A program made the position numbers and the translations under genes. A stretch of 64,000 bases of DNA from the human T2T-CHM13v2.0 reference genome, Homo sapiens. The stretch lies in NCBI RefSeq assembly GCF_009914755.1, contig NC_060930.1; one strand, given 5' to 3'. Positions 47,651 to 62,495 of the stretch are shown here, in pieces (position 1 is the first letter of the stretch; each line of letters starts with the position of its first letter). The notes under the pieces were generated by a model. That model had not been told where the DNA came from. It saw nothing but the letters and a program-made list of their open reading frames with translations, and did not search any database.

Positions 47651-49080
47651 GGCATTTCCACTTTTATTTTCCCAATAATTTTAAAGCCAGTTTGTTTATT
47701 AAGGATTTACTTAACTCATATGAAAAAGAAACGAAATAATTAAAGTTGGCATTATGTCTCACTTATCCAGAAATTCTTTATCTGCCATCCTGCCATCAGA
47801 CACATAGCCATGAACTCAGAAGTAGTGTAAAGGACCAGAAAGCCACTACGGTAGGTGCCACAGATATTAAATATCCAACATCGCAAGCTGTGCTTACAAC
47901 AGGGAGAGCAACGTGCTTCTCTGCCTGATGCTGATGCTTCCTGGATGGCTGTATTGAGAATTCCGAAGGACACTTCCCATCTCAACTAGAGTGTGTCATC
48001 AGTGATTCATGCTAGACATGAGCATGGAATGGGAGAATGATGGTATCTGGCCATCTGCCACTTTCAAATCCATTAAGCCTCACTAAAAAGTCTTGTTTGA
48101 CTCCTCTGGTTCTGGCTCAGATTTTTTTACAAGGTTGGAAAAAAGCCTTTTACAAGGAAGAGTGTATGAGGCAATAAAAGTTAACTTAGACCACATCCAT
48201 TCCATTTAACCCATTAAACTTGTACTCTGATTACCGTGGTCCACTTATGGGTCAAGGATTTGGGTACTGCCTCAATGGTGAATGACAGTCATTTTTCTCT
48301 CTCCCACTTCTAACACAGCCAGCGTAAGAAACCGTCCTTTTCCATAATATCCATATTTTTAGCGTGTGAAGACTGGCTCCAAAAATCAATTTTAAGTCCA
48401 CATTGAAAAAGAGCTTTTTATATCATCGTGTTACATTGCGTCATGTGCAGAGTAAGATGAGCTATAAGAAGTCCAAAGTTCCACAGTGGTATATTTTGCA
48501 TAATACCGTTTGTGTTTCCATTAAATTGTATTGTTGTTTTGACTGACATAGCACATTACATGTTTCTGTATTTTTCTTCCTCTCTGTTTTCTCTGTGAGT
48601 TAGCCAGAGTCACTATTAAAAAAAAAAAAAAAAAAACTATCAGAATCACCAGGAATGGTGTTTTTGAATATAAGATTAAGTAAAAAGGAATGAAATGCTG
48701 AAGGTATAATAAAGATGGCATAATCTTAACAGGTGAGTGGCAGGTAAAGTAACTGGTATAAATGATTTCTAATCTTAGCAAAGGGTCTATGAGGCAAGTA
48801 TTATTGTCCTCATTTTACCAGATGAAGAAGTTGAGCTTTTGAGAAGTGAACATTTGCCAAAGACTCCACAACTCACAAGAGGTACAGCCAAGATTTGAAC
48901 TGAGGTTTGTCTGATACCAACCTTGGTGGTTTTCTCTCTCTGCCGTTCATGAAAGGTGAAAAAGTTTAAATGATAAATGCAGAGTAAAAGCCTTGTATTA
49001 ACTCGTAAGTTTTGGTATCTAAGAAATTACAGCCTTTTCTAGATCTTGAGATTATAAAACTATTCTTAAAAGTTGGTTAT

Positions 49081-49361
<281 letters not shown>

Positions 49362-52300
49362 GTTGGTACCAGGTACGTCCATCTGCAGTTTCATCGACTG
49401 AGATTATGTAGCTGAGAGAAACTGAGGCTCAGAGATGGCACGATTTAGCTGAGGACACCCAGCTAATTAATCTTGGAGCTAATTAATCTTGGAGCTGAGA
49501 CCAGCACCCAAATCTCCTTTTCCTCATTCAGGGAACTTTGCATATGGCCTCTTAAGGATTCTGCTATTGAAAGCAGCCAGAAATCCTGTCTTTGAAAGCC
49601 ATGGGCCATATGGACAAAACTGATCCATGTTTCAAGCATGGAGCTGTGTAAAAACACCAATAAGTCTTTTTTCAGTTCAGTGGCTTTCAGACAAGGTGCT
49701 GTCTTATAAAAGGATAAGTAAAATATGAATCGTCTCTAAATTCACCTTTTGTGATAAAATTAACTCCACCTGGGAATTTCTTCCTTCCACCCTTTCTAAA
49801 ATTAAAACTGAAATCCAAGAGAGGAAGCAGTTGTCTAGTTCTTGATGTACAGAGAAATAAAAGAGCAGTTTTATGTCTCAGGCAGAAGCAGACGAGAGGC
49901 CTGTGGGCCTGGCAGTGCAGAGTGAGGAGAAGGAGGCAGGGCTGTGAAAATTCGCTGACAGGGAGGGAGTAGGAGGTGTCCAGGCCTCCAGCGCAGTGTC
50001 TCATCTCTAGAGCAAGCCCTCATGTGGGTGAAGCAAGTGCCGATACACAGAGGAGCCCCTGCAAGGTGGGTGGGAAGGTTATTTCAGGATGCCAGGAGCA
50101 CTCAGGCCAGCTTGGAAGTCCTTTCATGGGCACCATGAGGAAGTCTGTCCACTTCTAAAAGAATTCTGGCCACTCCCAATGTTGGGAGCAGATCTAGCCT
50201 AAGAACTAGAACTAGGTTAGAGTGCCAGGTCCCAGCTGATGGATGAGGTTCCAGACAGACCCCACTCCTGGAGACATTTGGGTTCCAGCCAACAGGGAAG
50301 AGAGTGTGCGATGTGGCACCTGAGCCCTGTCCCAGGGACCCCATCTGCCAGATGTGGCTGGCAGTGAATGGCCAGCATGGAAGGAAGCCCATGGTCCTAT
50401 CTGTCTCCTTTTCCTGGACCCAAGTGAGCGCTAGCCCAGGTGGACTGGAGTATGTTAACTCTCCCCGCCAGAAACCTGGGCCTGCTATTGAGACTAGGTG
50501 AGGAGGGAGGTGGCAAGGGAGAGGAAGAGCAAAGGCATGAGATGAATTACCTAATACACAGACAGCTCATGAAGAGTGACCATCCTCTCAGAGTCACCAG
50601 AGTTTCTTTCAAATGCAGATTCCTGGCCCTGCATATCAAATGCCCTGGAAGTCTGGCCAGGGAAATCACAGTTTGTATCAGGTGCTCCATTGTTATCCCT
50701 GTTGCACTGTCAATAGGAGTCCTCCAAGGAGAGCAAGGAAGTGCAGACTGGGGCACCTCCGGAGGCTGCACACAGGGAGGAGAGGTGGAAGGAAGAGCTG
50801 CTGGCTGAGAAGCTGCTGTCATCATCCTGTGGGGGTGAAGAGGGGGTGTGGGAATAAGGGTGAGAGAGGCCTCAGGAAGGACTCTCTGGAACTGGAGGCA
50901 GTGACTGGAGTTTCCTCTGAGACCAGCCGGCCCTTTAGACTCAAAAGATGAGAGTCACCCATCACCATCCATCTGGTGGAAGCATTACAGGAGCAAGTGG
51001 ATAAAAGACGATTTTGCTGTAAGATCAGAATGGAAAAAGACGAGCCCACAAAGAAAATCTAGAGGGAGGAAAGCATATGGTTTTTAAAATAGTACAGTTT
51101 AGAATACATTGCAACACAAATGGATTAATTTTTGTACAGTGTTGGCAATGAAAAGGATTCTCATAGTTATCTGGAATGCTTACTCAGAGAGATGATCTCA
51201 TTTCCCTAATAATGCAAAATCTTGAGCAGCGTGGGGTCTTATGTTAAGACCCAATGATAAAAAGGGCTAGACTTGGCAGGGAAGGGCACTGCAGGGGTGC
51301 CCATGGTGTGTGCCAAGACTCAGGAACCAGAGGAGCAAGTCGTAGATCAGGTGCTGGCAAGCAGGCTGGCTTGGCTAAAGTCATCAATGCAGTGACAATC
51401 TTAAACAAAAGTTTGAAATCCATATTAAATGTTTTTTTTTCTTTTTTAAAAAAGCAATCTTACCCTAGAAGCACTACATGGAAGGAAAAAATGAAGTTGC
51501 GTAATCATTTAGAAAATATATGTGCTGAGAGAACTTTAGTATTAAAAGGTGATTGTAAAACAATGCAGGATAATAAATCTTAGACCAAAGATAAATCATG
51601 AACACCAGGGCAACCAAATGGTCCTAGGAGACTGAAAGGCATCCGTCAGAACAGGCCACTGTAAGTGCAGCTCATTGGTCTCATTTAGTTTCCCAGGAGG
51701 CTGAAATGTTGCTCACTGAAGGTCTCGGTTCTGCTAAGAGTGGACTGGGTAGGAGGTGCCAGGAGCAGTTTCCTGCAGGCCCCTGGTCCTCAGGCTGCCA
51801 GGCAGCAGCATCCCCATTTATTGTGGTTGTGGCCAAGCAGTGGGCAGCTCCATGCCTGGGGCTTCTCAGCTCATTTCTGCTTCCTCTGGATCTTCCGGTC
51901 CAGTCATCTTTATTTATATCCTCCTATAGCATCACCATAGATGGGTTGTGATGAATGCCGTTCATCAACCTAATGGGCTCAAATGGAACTCTTTGAAATC
52001 CCCCAGGATGCGTCTTGGTCTAAGAAAAGAATTGTTAACTGCACTTTTAAAACTAGGAATTTATGTCTTCCTATAAATTGACCTCGTGAGGTTATTTGTG
52101 GATTCCAATAGGGAAGTGGCCTTCTTAGGCCCCAGTGCCTCCTCCGCCCTCCCCTCACCAGCCAGCTGATGCCCTCTGTCTACTCCTATGAGCCCGGGGT
52201 TGCTGAGGACAAAACCCTGGCAGGGTCAGCAAATGGAAGAGGTGTCTGCTTCCTTTCTTGCTCTGGAGCAGTGTGCCTTGTCTCTCTCCTTCTGCCATTT

Positions 52301-52907
52301 ATTCACTCACTCATTCAGTATCTATTGCACTCCTGCTTTGTCCAGGCGGGGTGCTGAGCACTGGAGATGCAGTGAACAGTCTGTGCTCTGAGGGACCTAC
52401 AACCTAAACAAATAAGCACACAAGTACTTGCTCAAGGGCAGCTCTGGAGAAGCAGCAGGTGCCATGAGAGCCTCTGTAGGAGGCTCTGGCGGTCTCTGAT
52501 GCCCTGCTCCTCCTGTTAATGCAGGACTCTGGGGGGCTGACTGCGTATGTGACAGTTCTTTGGATGTTCCCCATCACTTTACTCCGTCCTTCTTTGTGAA
52601 ATCTCGACCTCAGCAGATGAACACTGTCCTGGCCAGAATCACCCTAGGCTCTGCTTCTCACCCAGCTCCTGGCCCCGTCCCTGTTGCCACTGCTGCAGAG
52701 GGAGGCCACCAGGGTTATTGGGTCCCTCGGACTAAAGGCTCAGGTTCCAAGGGGAGGCCAACTACCAGAGGACACCCTCAAATGTGAGCAGGGCAGGGGG
52801 CTCAGAGCATCCTCAAGGCAAAGCACAGGCACCCGCCCGCACAAGCTTTGGTTTGTTTCACAGTGTGTAAATCTCTGTACAGTTTTCTCACAATAAATGT
52901 AAGATGC

Positions 52908-53205
<298 letters not shown>

Positions 53206-53602
53206 GTAAGATGCATACATTGTAATAAAAGCTAACACTTCAAAAAAGGAATAAGGAAAAATTCAGTATATTCTCATCTTCCTTTATGCCAACCACCAGA
53301 AAAAACTGCTTTCAATCGTGTGCTGTGTCTCCTTCCAGATCCTTTTGTGTTTATGTAAACATGTTGATTTTTATATTGTCCTACATGTTTATATTGTCCT
53401 GTAGTCTATACTTTCATTCACTTGAAAATTTATCCAAGACTTTTCAGGATAGCACACACAGATCCTTCTCATTCTTTCCAGGTATCCAGTATTTCAGTGT
53501 GTGAATGTACCATAATTTCTCTTAAAACCAATCCCCCGTTCGTGAACATGTAAATTCTGCCATATTTTGTTGTAATAAATAAACTCATTGCAGCAATGAA
53601 TA

Positions 53603-53605
<3 letters not shown>

Positions 53606-53646
<41 letters not shown>
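53606..53646. repeat. (TA)n(CA)n microsatellite
   Basis: Read directly. Confidence 0.95.
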
Positions 53647-53647
<1 letters not shown>

Positions 53648-54947
53648 CTGTCAGTGTCAAACTCTTCTTAGAAAGGTATTTCAGGTCTAGTGTCTTGCAT
53701 TTTAATGGGTTTTCATACACAATGAGATGCTCTTAATCACCCTCACCACATGGCTGGACAGACATATGCACCCCCCTATTCACTTCTCATATGTTCCTCC
53801 CTGGAAACTGCACCTCCGCCTCTCATGGTAAACTCAAGTGCTTGAGTACTCTCAATTGTGTTTTTTGCAGATTCTGTTTATTTCCGTTGAATTTGTTATT
53901 GTAATTGTGTAATTTACTTAATTGGTATATAAACTGAAGAAGTATGAGGGGATTATTGTTTTTAAGAAAAAGCATAAATTATATTTCTCTCATTCCCAAT
54001 TTGAACTAAAAAAATTGTTACTAGCTAAACACCCACACCTAAACACCTACACCCACACATGTATATCAGATACAGTAGCTTCTACCGACTCATAAATTTC
54101 ATCAACCATATTTGGGAGTTGTGTCCAGTCTTAATCTGCCTTGCCAGTATAGTCTCTGGAAAAACATCCTACAGCTGTTTGGTTTATTTGTAGATTGAGT
54201 TATCTTTTCTCCTTAGAAATACCTGAGAATGAGGCATGTCTTATTTAGAATCTCTAATATGATCTACCTTGATAAAAGTTGGTTTTGAGCCCTTCTGCTT
54301 ACCCCCACCAAGCCATTTCAAGCTCTGGTAACGCCCTCAGAAACACCATGTCCAACCTCATATAAGAGAAATGGAAAACCTGGACGTCACAACTGTTGCC
54401 TTTGAAAGTGAGAGGGTGTCTGTATATAAACATCCTGCTACTTTTTAAGCTAATATAGTGTTAGAAGTGATTTTACAGCTCCTCTAAAATTTGCAAACTC
54501 TTATGAGACTATTGTAGGTACTTAGTTGTTGGATGCATGGATACACAGAGAAGCCCTAAATTCATGCAACAAACATTTATTAATTGCCAACTGTATACCT
54601 ACTAATTGGCTGGCAACTGGTGGCGCCACCACGAAGCACAGTGGGTACCACTGTTCTCCCAAGGCCTGTGACCAAACTTAAGACTCGGAGCCACCAGGAA
54701 GTGCAGAGATGCAGTTTACTCAACAGAGCATGCACTCTCTAAAATGGCCCAGCCCTGTGTGTGCCTGGCCAGTGGAGCAGGATGCTGGGAGGCAAAAAAT
54801 AAGTTTTCTCATGAAATCTGTGAATTCTCTTCATCTTCTCAAGGCGTGCCTGTGTAATTCAATCATGAATTTTACTTAAACTGTGTGGCATTTGATAGAG
54901 CCTTGCAGAGACTACAAGACATCTGACTGCTGTATTTTCTCTTCTAG

Positions 54948-55045
54948 GATATCAATGAGTGTATTCTTGAAAACTATCCCGAGTGCTCCAACCCCAGGTT
55001 ATTTTACATCATTCCGTACTTTTGTGGACAGCATCCCAGATGCAG
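54948..55045 (+). CDS. UST: UST internal coding exon (probably exon 6; 98 nt, phase 0 to 2)
   Basis: Acceptor tattttctcttctag|GAT; donor TGCAG|gtaagg. Encodes DINECILENYPECSNPRLFYIIPYFCGQHPRC(R), with the PYFCG motif of the HS2ST/UST family. Missed by the ORF track. Confidence 0.96.
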
Positions 55046-57132
55046 GTAAGGGCTAAAGCAGGCTCATGGCATGCACGTACGCACAACAAGGGCAAGAACC
55101 CCACCAGCCTGGTACTCGGTGGGAATCTTTTGTATCCCTAGTCTCTCAACCTTCTGGAATTCAGTTCCTGTTTACTATTAATCTTTCAAGATAATATTTG
55201 AGACTCCAAATGTCCTATAAATAATGAAATTTAAAAATCAGGGTCTGTAGAGGCCTCAGGAGACCACCATATAAAGCTTTGTAACTGGAACCAAACCCTT
55301 GTTTATACCTAAAACATACTTGTCACTACTCATCCCATGTTGTTTGTCTTTCTCTTTGGATAAAATGACAAAATGTCACATAAAATGTGATCGTGAAGAC
55401 CAGGAGCGAACACCCAGCCTGCTCCTGTACAGTGACTGACTTAACCAACAACCTGCCCTCGTAGCATGTGTCACTGGGTCTGAGACACTGGAAGCCCACA
55501 CCTCAATCCCATAGTGGATATACTTAGTAGGCAGAGAAGAAAGTGTTTTATAATGATCACCTGTCAACCTTACTTGAAGGCACAACCTTCTTTAGAGAGT
55601 GACTTACTCAGATAGTCAGGACCCCCAGGGTGTGATCTGCCCAGGTCCTGCATCAGCACCCCTGTATACTTGTTAAGAACCCCCACCCAATCATAGTCTC
55701 GTGTGTAGCAGCCTCCCCAGATGCTTCTGGCGTAGCTATAGTTGAAATCTACTGTGCTAGACAAATGTCATAGCCTGGAGAAGAAATGGCAGCAACAATG
55801 AAGCATTATATTTGCTTGGTAGGAAATCAACCCCTGCTATCAGAAGTGACATTATTCCCCAAAGGAAACATTAACTAGAGGGTCCTTGTGTTTCTGAAAA
55901 GGCCAAAGGAGAACTGCTACTTCTACACCGGCAACGCATTCATTGTACCTTTTTGCTTATGCTATGATTTCTGCTTCGTTTTTAGGCGTATTGTTGTTAT
56001 TCCTGTCTTGTTTCATTTGCCATAACAAAAGAGTTTGCTTATAGTCCAAATTATAGAACTAGGAGTGTTGGTTTTTGACTTCACCATAAGCCCCCTGAGT
56101 CCAGGTGGCCTCTCCCCTGCCCCCGACCCTTGCCTCAATAACAAATACCTCCTGGTTAACATTTAGTGCTTCAGGTATTGGGAAGATTTGGGGCTGGATG
56201 ACTCACTTGCTGATCACAGTGAATATCTTTATAACAGGAAACATGATTTGAACTCCCTAAAGTATTTTTTAAATCGTGTAGTATTTTTCAGATTTTTGAA
56301 TTTTCTAATCTTGGAGAGGTGACTCATGACACCACACCTTGATACACACACAATGATTTTTATAACTCTTTCATCATATCACCTTGCACAGTCTTTACAA
56401 CAATGCTTTGAACTAGGTAAGGGTGATTTTTACCATTTTTCAAAAGAGAACCCTGGCTTGCCCAATTCCCCCAAATGATAAATGACAGCCAGGCCTGGAG
56501 CCCCACTCCCGGGCTTTTCTCACTCGCCTTAGTGTCAGTTCAGAGAGCTGGCCTACAAATCAGCTCTCTGATTTTTACAAATTAGGCTGTTTTCCTTCTG
56601 CAATCTAGACAAACAAAATAAAACAAAACAAAAATCCAAAGATTCCTCTTTAACTCTTCCAAAGAATAAGATGATTAATAGGCATGACCTGACAGCTCTT
56701 TTGAGTTCTACATAAATACTATGTCGGTAAGTTTCATATTTCAAAACTCCTAAATTCATTTAATTGGTTCAGTTTGGTCCTCCTATTAAAAAACCATTCT
56801 ACTCACCCCTTGATTAGTATTTGTTAGAACCTAACTGCTTGTGCCTGCATTCATTCGTCCACAATACTTAGGCAGGGCCTCTGAATTCAAGGCCCTGGGC
56901 TTGGCATGAAGCATGGATGAAAGTGACAGAGAAGGAATGGTGAGCAGGGCAGGACACCAGTTGGAAGGACTGGGAAGGCCCTGGATGGGGCTACATCTGG
57001 GCTGGTCCTTGAGGGAAACAGGATTTGGACTTATGCAAGTGAAGGTGGGAGGTAGAGGGGGTAAACTCTCAGCATCTTGCTGCATTTCAAATATGAATGT
57101 CTGATTTTAAATAAATTTTTATATCCATAAAG
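55046..57132 (+). other. UST: 2,087-nt GT-AG intron of UST
   Basis: gtaagg...ataaag; the split codon AG|G is Arg. Confidence 0.93.
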
Positions 57133-57290
57133 GGAGCCTGGTGAATGGGCCCTTGAGAGAGCAAAGCTGAACGTGAATGAAAACTTCCTGCTCGTGGGGA
57201 TTCTTGAAGAGTTGGAAGATGTGCTGCTGTTACTGGAAAGATTTTTACCTCATTACTTCAAGGGCGTGCTCAGTATCTACAAAGACCCAG
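57133..57290 (+). CDS. UST: UST internal coding exon (probably exon 7; 158 nt, phase 2 to 1)
   Basis: Acceptor ccataaag|G; donor CCAG|gtaact. Encodes (R)EPGEWALERAKLNVNENFLLVGILEELEDVLLLLERFLPHYFKGVLSIYKDP, in frame with the previous exon. Confidence 0.96.
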
Positions 57291-57530
57291 GTAACTTCAT
57301 TTGTAAGCAAGCTCTTCTCCATGAGAGGTCTGTGTCCAGGGCTACTCACCTTGAAAAGGCCTCAGGAAATAAAGGAGTGAAATGATCTCTTCTGATGACA
57401 AAGGGCAGTTAGTTCCCTGGGCTTGCAAAGGAAAGTTAGAACCAGGAGCTGCAGATGCCAAAATCTTGAGCTTCATGTTCAGACATAAAAGCACCATGTT
57501 CCAAAGGCTTAATGGCTCCATTTCTCCCTA

Positions 57531-57637
57531 TGGAAACTGAAATTGGCAACATTCTCCATCAGCCTTGTCTTGAGCATGTTGCTGGAAACTGAAACTGGCA
57601 ACATTTTCCATCAGCCTTGTCTTGAGCATGTTGTTGG
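57531..57637 (+). repeat. 52-bp tandem duplication (2 copies, 3 mismatches)
   Basis: 57531-57582 and 57583-57634: tggaaactgaaa(t/c)tggcaacatt(c/t)tccatcagccttgtcttgagcatgttg(c/t). Confidence 0.95.
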
Positions 57638-58011
57638 GGTGGGTACAAATGAATCCGTGTGTGTGCACCTGGACTCCATTGATGGAAACATGCGTGAGTA
57701 TGAAAGAGCCATCCTTGTGATGAATTCTCTCTGGCCCAACTTCCATTTGATAAAAGCACTCTAGTGTATCAAATCCTGACAGTGGAATAGATAGAGCAGC
57801 AAATTGAAAATACAATTATGATTTTATCCTAACAAACCGAGTGGTCCCCAAATAGCAGCAAGAAATAGAATGTGGCAAAGCAATTACAAGGGCTGCCTGT
57901 GGTATCATCGTAAGTATAATTACTTTCAGAAATCCATCATTTATTTTTTCATTGTCATTTTATCCAAAGAGAAAGACAAACAACGTTGTTTGTTTTTTCC
58001 TATTCTCCTTA

Positions 58012-58434
<423 letters not shown>

Positions 58435-58909
58435 AAGCAGCAGATGAAAGCTCCCCAAATGCAGTCTGCTGCCTCACATTCCACAGGGTTCCCGAACCCC
58501 ACCTGCATCACTGGTAGGTCCCAAGGCCCAGGGAAACTGGTCTTTGCCCAGAGAGCCCTGGATCCCGTTGCACAAGGTCAAGGTGGCCCTACCACCATCA
58601 GGGACTTGCTGAAGGAAGGTGGATAGTTGGTGGAGGCTGCCTTAGCCTCCCAGCTCTCATTAGAGTTCAAATCCCATTTACCTGAGTGGGGTTGTGAAAC
58701 TAGGATTTCCTTTGTCTTTTCAACAACAAGCCATTTAAAGAGTTTATAGAATTTTAATGTAAAGAGTTTGATGTGACTGATTTTTATTTCTAGAAGACAA
58801 CATAAACTCCGTTCTTTGTGCAAGGAGAGGTCTTATCCTAAATTAGACTCCTTTGAAGAAGAAAGGTTTATGTTAATCATTTTCTCCTTTTGGCTTTATC
58901 TTGTTGTAT

Positions 58910-58911
<2 letters not shown>

Positions 58912-58954
<43 letters not shown>

Positions 58955-58982
58955 TGTGGTGTGGTGTGTGGTGTGTGTGTGT
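58912..58982. repeat. (TG)n/(TGGTG)n compound microsatellite
   Basis: Read directly. Confidence 0.95.
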
Positions 58983-59099
58983 CTAATACACAGTCTGAGA
59001 TAAAGGACAAACTAAATCCTGGTGACACATAAGATGAACACTCTCCATAAAAGATATTATGGCTTCCAACTTTGTTACTGTCTGCTCAGTCATTTGCTC

Positions 59100-59352
59100 T
59101 GAGAGAGATCAGCTGCTATGGATGAAGAGAGGTTCACATAGTGAGGAACTGAGACCTCAGACCAAGAGCCACGTGTGTGAGCCATCTTGGGAGCAGCTAC
59201 TATGACCCCAGTCAAGCCTTCAGATAACTGCAGCCCCAACCAACATGTTAATGGCTGTCTCATGAGAGATCCCAAGCCAGGACCACCCAACTAAGCTACC
59301 CCTGAATTTCTGACCCTCAGAGCCAGTGTACGAAATAAATGTATGTGTTTTT
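59100..59352 (+). mobile_element. MaLR LTR 3' part (MLT1F/G-like)
   Basis: gtgaggaactgagacctc...gagccatcttgggagcag...ccagtcaagccttcagataactgcagcccc...ttctgaccctcagag...aataaatg. Confidence 0.8.
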
Positions 59353-60261
59353 ATTTTATTAATATTGTTTATTTTAATGAGCACTCTCTTGTCCCAGCAT
59401 TTGGGAGGAGGAGCCAACGTGAGAGTCCTCTTCCAGTTACATCACCATCCATCCTGAGGTCTGGAACACACACCATTCACAGGATGCAAAACCCAGCACA
59501 GGGGTTGTGGACCTGAGAACCTAGATGAGGGTATTTTTATCTTCATGCTTTTGAATACAGATAAACCACCTATAAAAAGCTTAGCCCAGAGGACCCACTT
59601 AGTGGCTCTTGTCGTGGTATATCATATTGACTTCCTATTTTCTCCATTTAAATATGTGTCTTCTCAGAAATTATGGGCCTTTATTCCGTGATCTGAAAGT
59701 TCGTTAATTCAAGGAGAAAAGATTTCTGAAAACCAAGTTACTATTAACTCTTTTACCTTCAGCCATGATCTTTCCACCTATAAATTAAAGATTATTTTTC
59801 CCTCAGAGTTTGGCATAGTAAATATCTCAAAGAGAATAAAGGACATCTGGTTTTCCTGTGTAGTGGGATGAAAGGTTTCCATAAGCCAGGCCACTTGGCC
59901 AGTCCACGTGGTCCAGCTGGACTAGCGGTTAAAACAGTGAAACACTTCTATACGGCCTTCAGGGTGCACCTGCCAGCCTGGCTGCCCGTCCTTGTTACCC
60001 CCGCCTTTTCCAACAGTGATGTAACGGAAGGACTAATTCATGGCACAAGAGGGATCTTCAGGACCCCGGGCCAGTGTCACACTCAGTGACTGTTCTGAGT
60101 TCAGTTCTTGAGTGGAGCTGGTTGTCAAATACTTTAAATATCACCCTAGCATAACTCTCTCAGCTGCCACACATTATATGCCCAATAAAATGAACCTTTG
60201 AGTTGTTGCTTCAGTAACTTCTACTGTGTTTTGTGTTCTCTTGGGCATCTTCTTGTGATAT

Positions 60262-60275
60262 GTTTCTATGGTAAC
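60262..60275. promoter_or_regulatory. Candidate RFX X-box (GTTTCTATGGTAAC)
   Basis: One mismatch from the X-box GTTTCCATGGTAAC; motif match only. Confidence 0.3.
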
Positions 60276-61531
60276 ATTGAAGACCAAGCTAGTCCACAGT
60301 TCCTCTATCCCAACAAGTTTCCGTGTCCCCTGAGGCAGAGGACAAGAGATCAACACACACTCCTGGCCAGTTTCTCAATATATTTTAGCCTCAGGGAAGA
60401 CTTAGCACCCATATTGTTTTCTCATCACCACAACTGAGTTGGTGTCAAGTAGGTTAAAGAAAGAATAGCTGCAAGTTTCTAGTTACTTCACCATCTCATC
60501 TTTGTATTTTTAGTCTAAGTTCATGTCTTAGGGCATACTAAAATCATTACTCTTTCCCTTTATTGAAGAGTTTGATAACTGAGTAGATTAGAGAACAGAG
60601 AGAAGAAAAGCTAAAATCTAAGATACTGATTTAAGGGATCTAGTGACCCTTAACTCATTGTAGATTAACTAACCATCTGAAGAGCTGAATTAAGATGCAA
60701 AAACACCACTGGCCATTTTTCTTTGGTGTTTGTCCTGTTATTGAAAAACAAAAACAAAAAAAAAAATAGGAGTTTGCTGACTTCTGGTAACTCCTCTCTA
60801 GCAATACTAAAAATATGTATACCAGTCTCATTACAGAAGAAAAAACACTAATAGCAATGACTCTTTGGAGAGCTAGTAAAAATCGTAATGTCTGTTAGTC
60901 ATATGGGTTGTCACTTATTTCAGATTGAAATGATATTCATTGATTCTTTCAAATCAATACTACCTGTCCCAATAACTCACCATTTAGACAGGTTAATAAC
61001 CTTTCTCAATAACAGCGTAACTGTCTTTTCTTCTGTTCCTTTCTTGTAGAAATATATGCTGACATCAAGTAAATTTGTCTCCTACCAAAAATATTGGAGA
61101 AACTTAGCCTTTAGAACTTTTTTTAAACAGTCATTTTATGTTAATATTTGCATTTTATGGAGACAGAATAGAGTATCTCAGAAGCTTAGGATAGTAAGTA
61201 CTTGAGATGAAATAAAAATTAGAGTTTTAGCAAGATGGATAACCAAGAGAATATGCTTGGTATTTCTTCCAGCCGGTGCGCAGCTGCTGATATTAGGACA
61301 AGTACTGTGGAGTGGGCATTCAGAAAACACTGCTCAATCCTGACCATGAGTTTGAATTAGGGAGCACCAAGGCCCCAGCAGGTTTACTCGGTAGAAGCAA
61401 CCTCACTGGTTGAACATATACATAATTATTACATATGATCACATATGTCATCTTATACATAATTATTTTTTATTGATTAATCCTTATTATGTTTGTTTAT
61501 TACTTATCACCTTTTAAAAATGAGAAACTGA

Positions 61532-62136
<605 letters not shown>

Positions 62137-62476
62137 TAAAAATGAGAAACTGAAGCCAGCCCAGAGAAGTTGAGAGAATGATCCATAGTCATCCACAAAA
62201 ATGTGTAAGTAAGGGGCAAGACTCACATATTTCTGAGCAGTGAATATTAATGTATTTCTGAACACTTTTTCTCCTTAACTCTTAAAGACATGCTGTGAGC
62301 CATCAGTATTTTTCTAGTCATAATTTTTAGGAGCTAAAATCTCAGTGGTGGTAAGGGCCAAAATAAATAAGCACATGAAAGACAAGGAACATGTGAATAT
62401 GTGTAATAGGAACAGTCATATGAGCATCCCTCTATAAACCCTTGACTTGGCAAATAACCGAGCTGTTCTGGTTCAA

Positions 62477-62495
62477 TAGCGCCACCTAGCATCCA
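62477..62495 (-). promoter_or_regulatory. Candidate CTCF site
   Basis: Minus strand TGGATGCTAGGTGGCGCTA against the consensus TGGCCACCAGGTGGCGCTA; the core AGGTGGCGCTA is perfect. Confidence 0.5.

Noticed and set aside
54618-54631. 14-bp palindrome tggtggcgccacca / CTCF-like motif
   Set aside because: About 4 palindromes of this size are expected by chance in 64 kb; the CTCF match is partial.
57173-57385. 70-aa ORF as a standalone protein
   Set aside because: It is part of a UST exon plus intron read-through after the donor at 57290.
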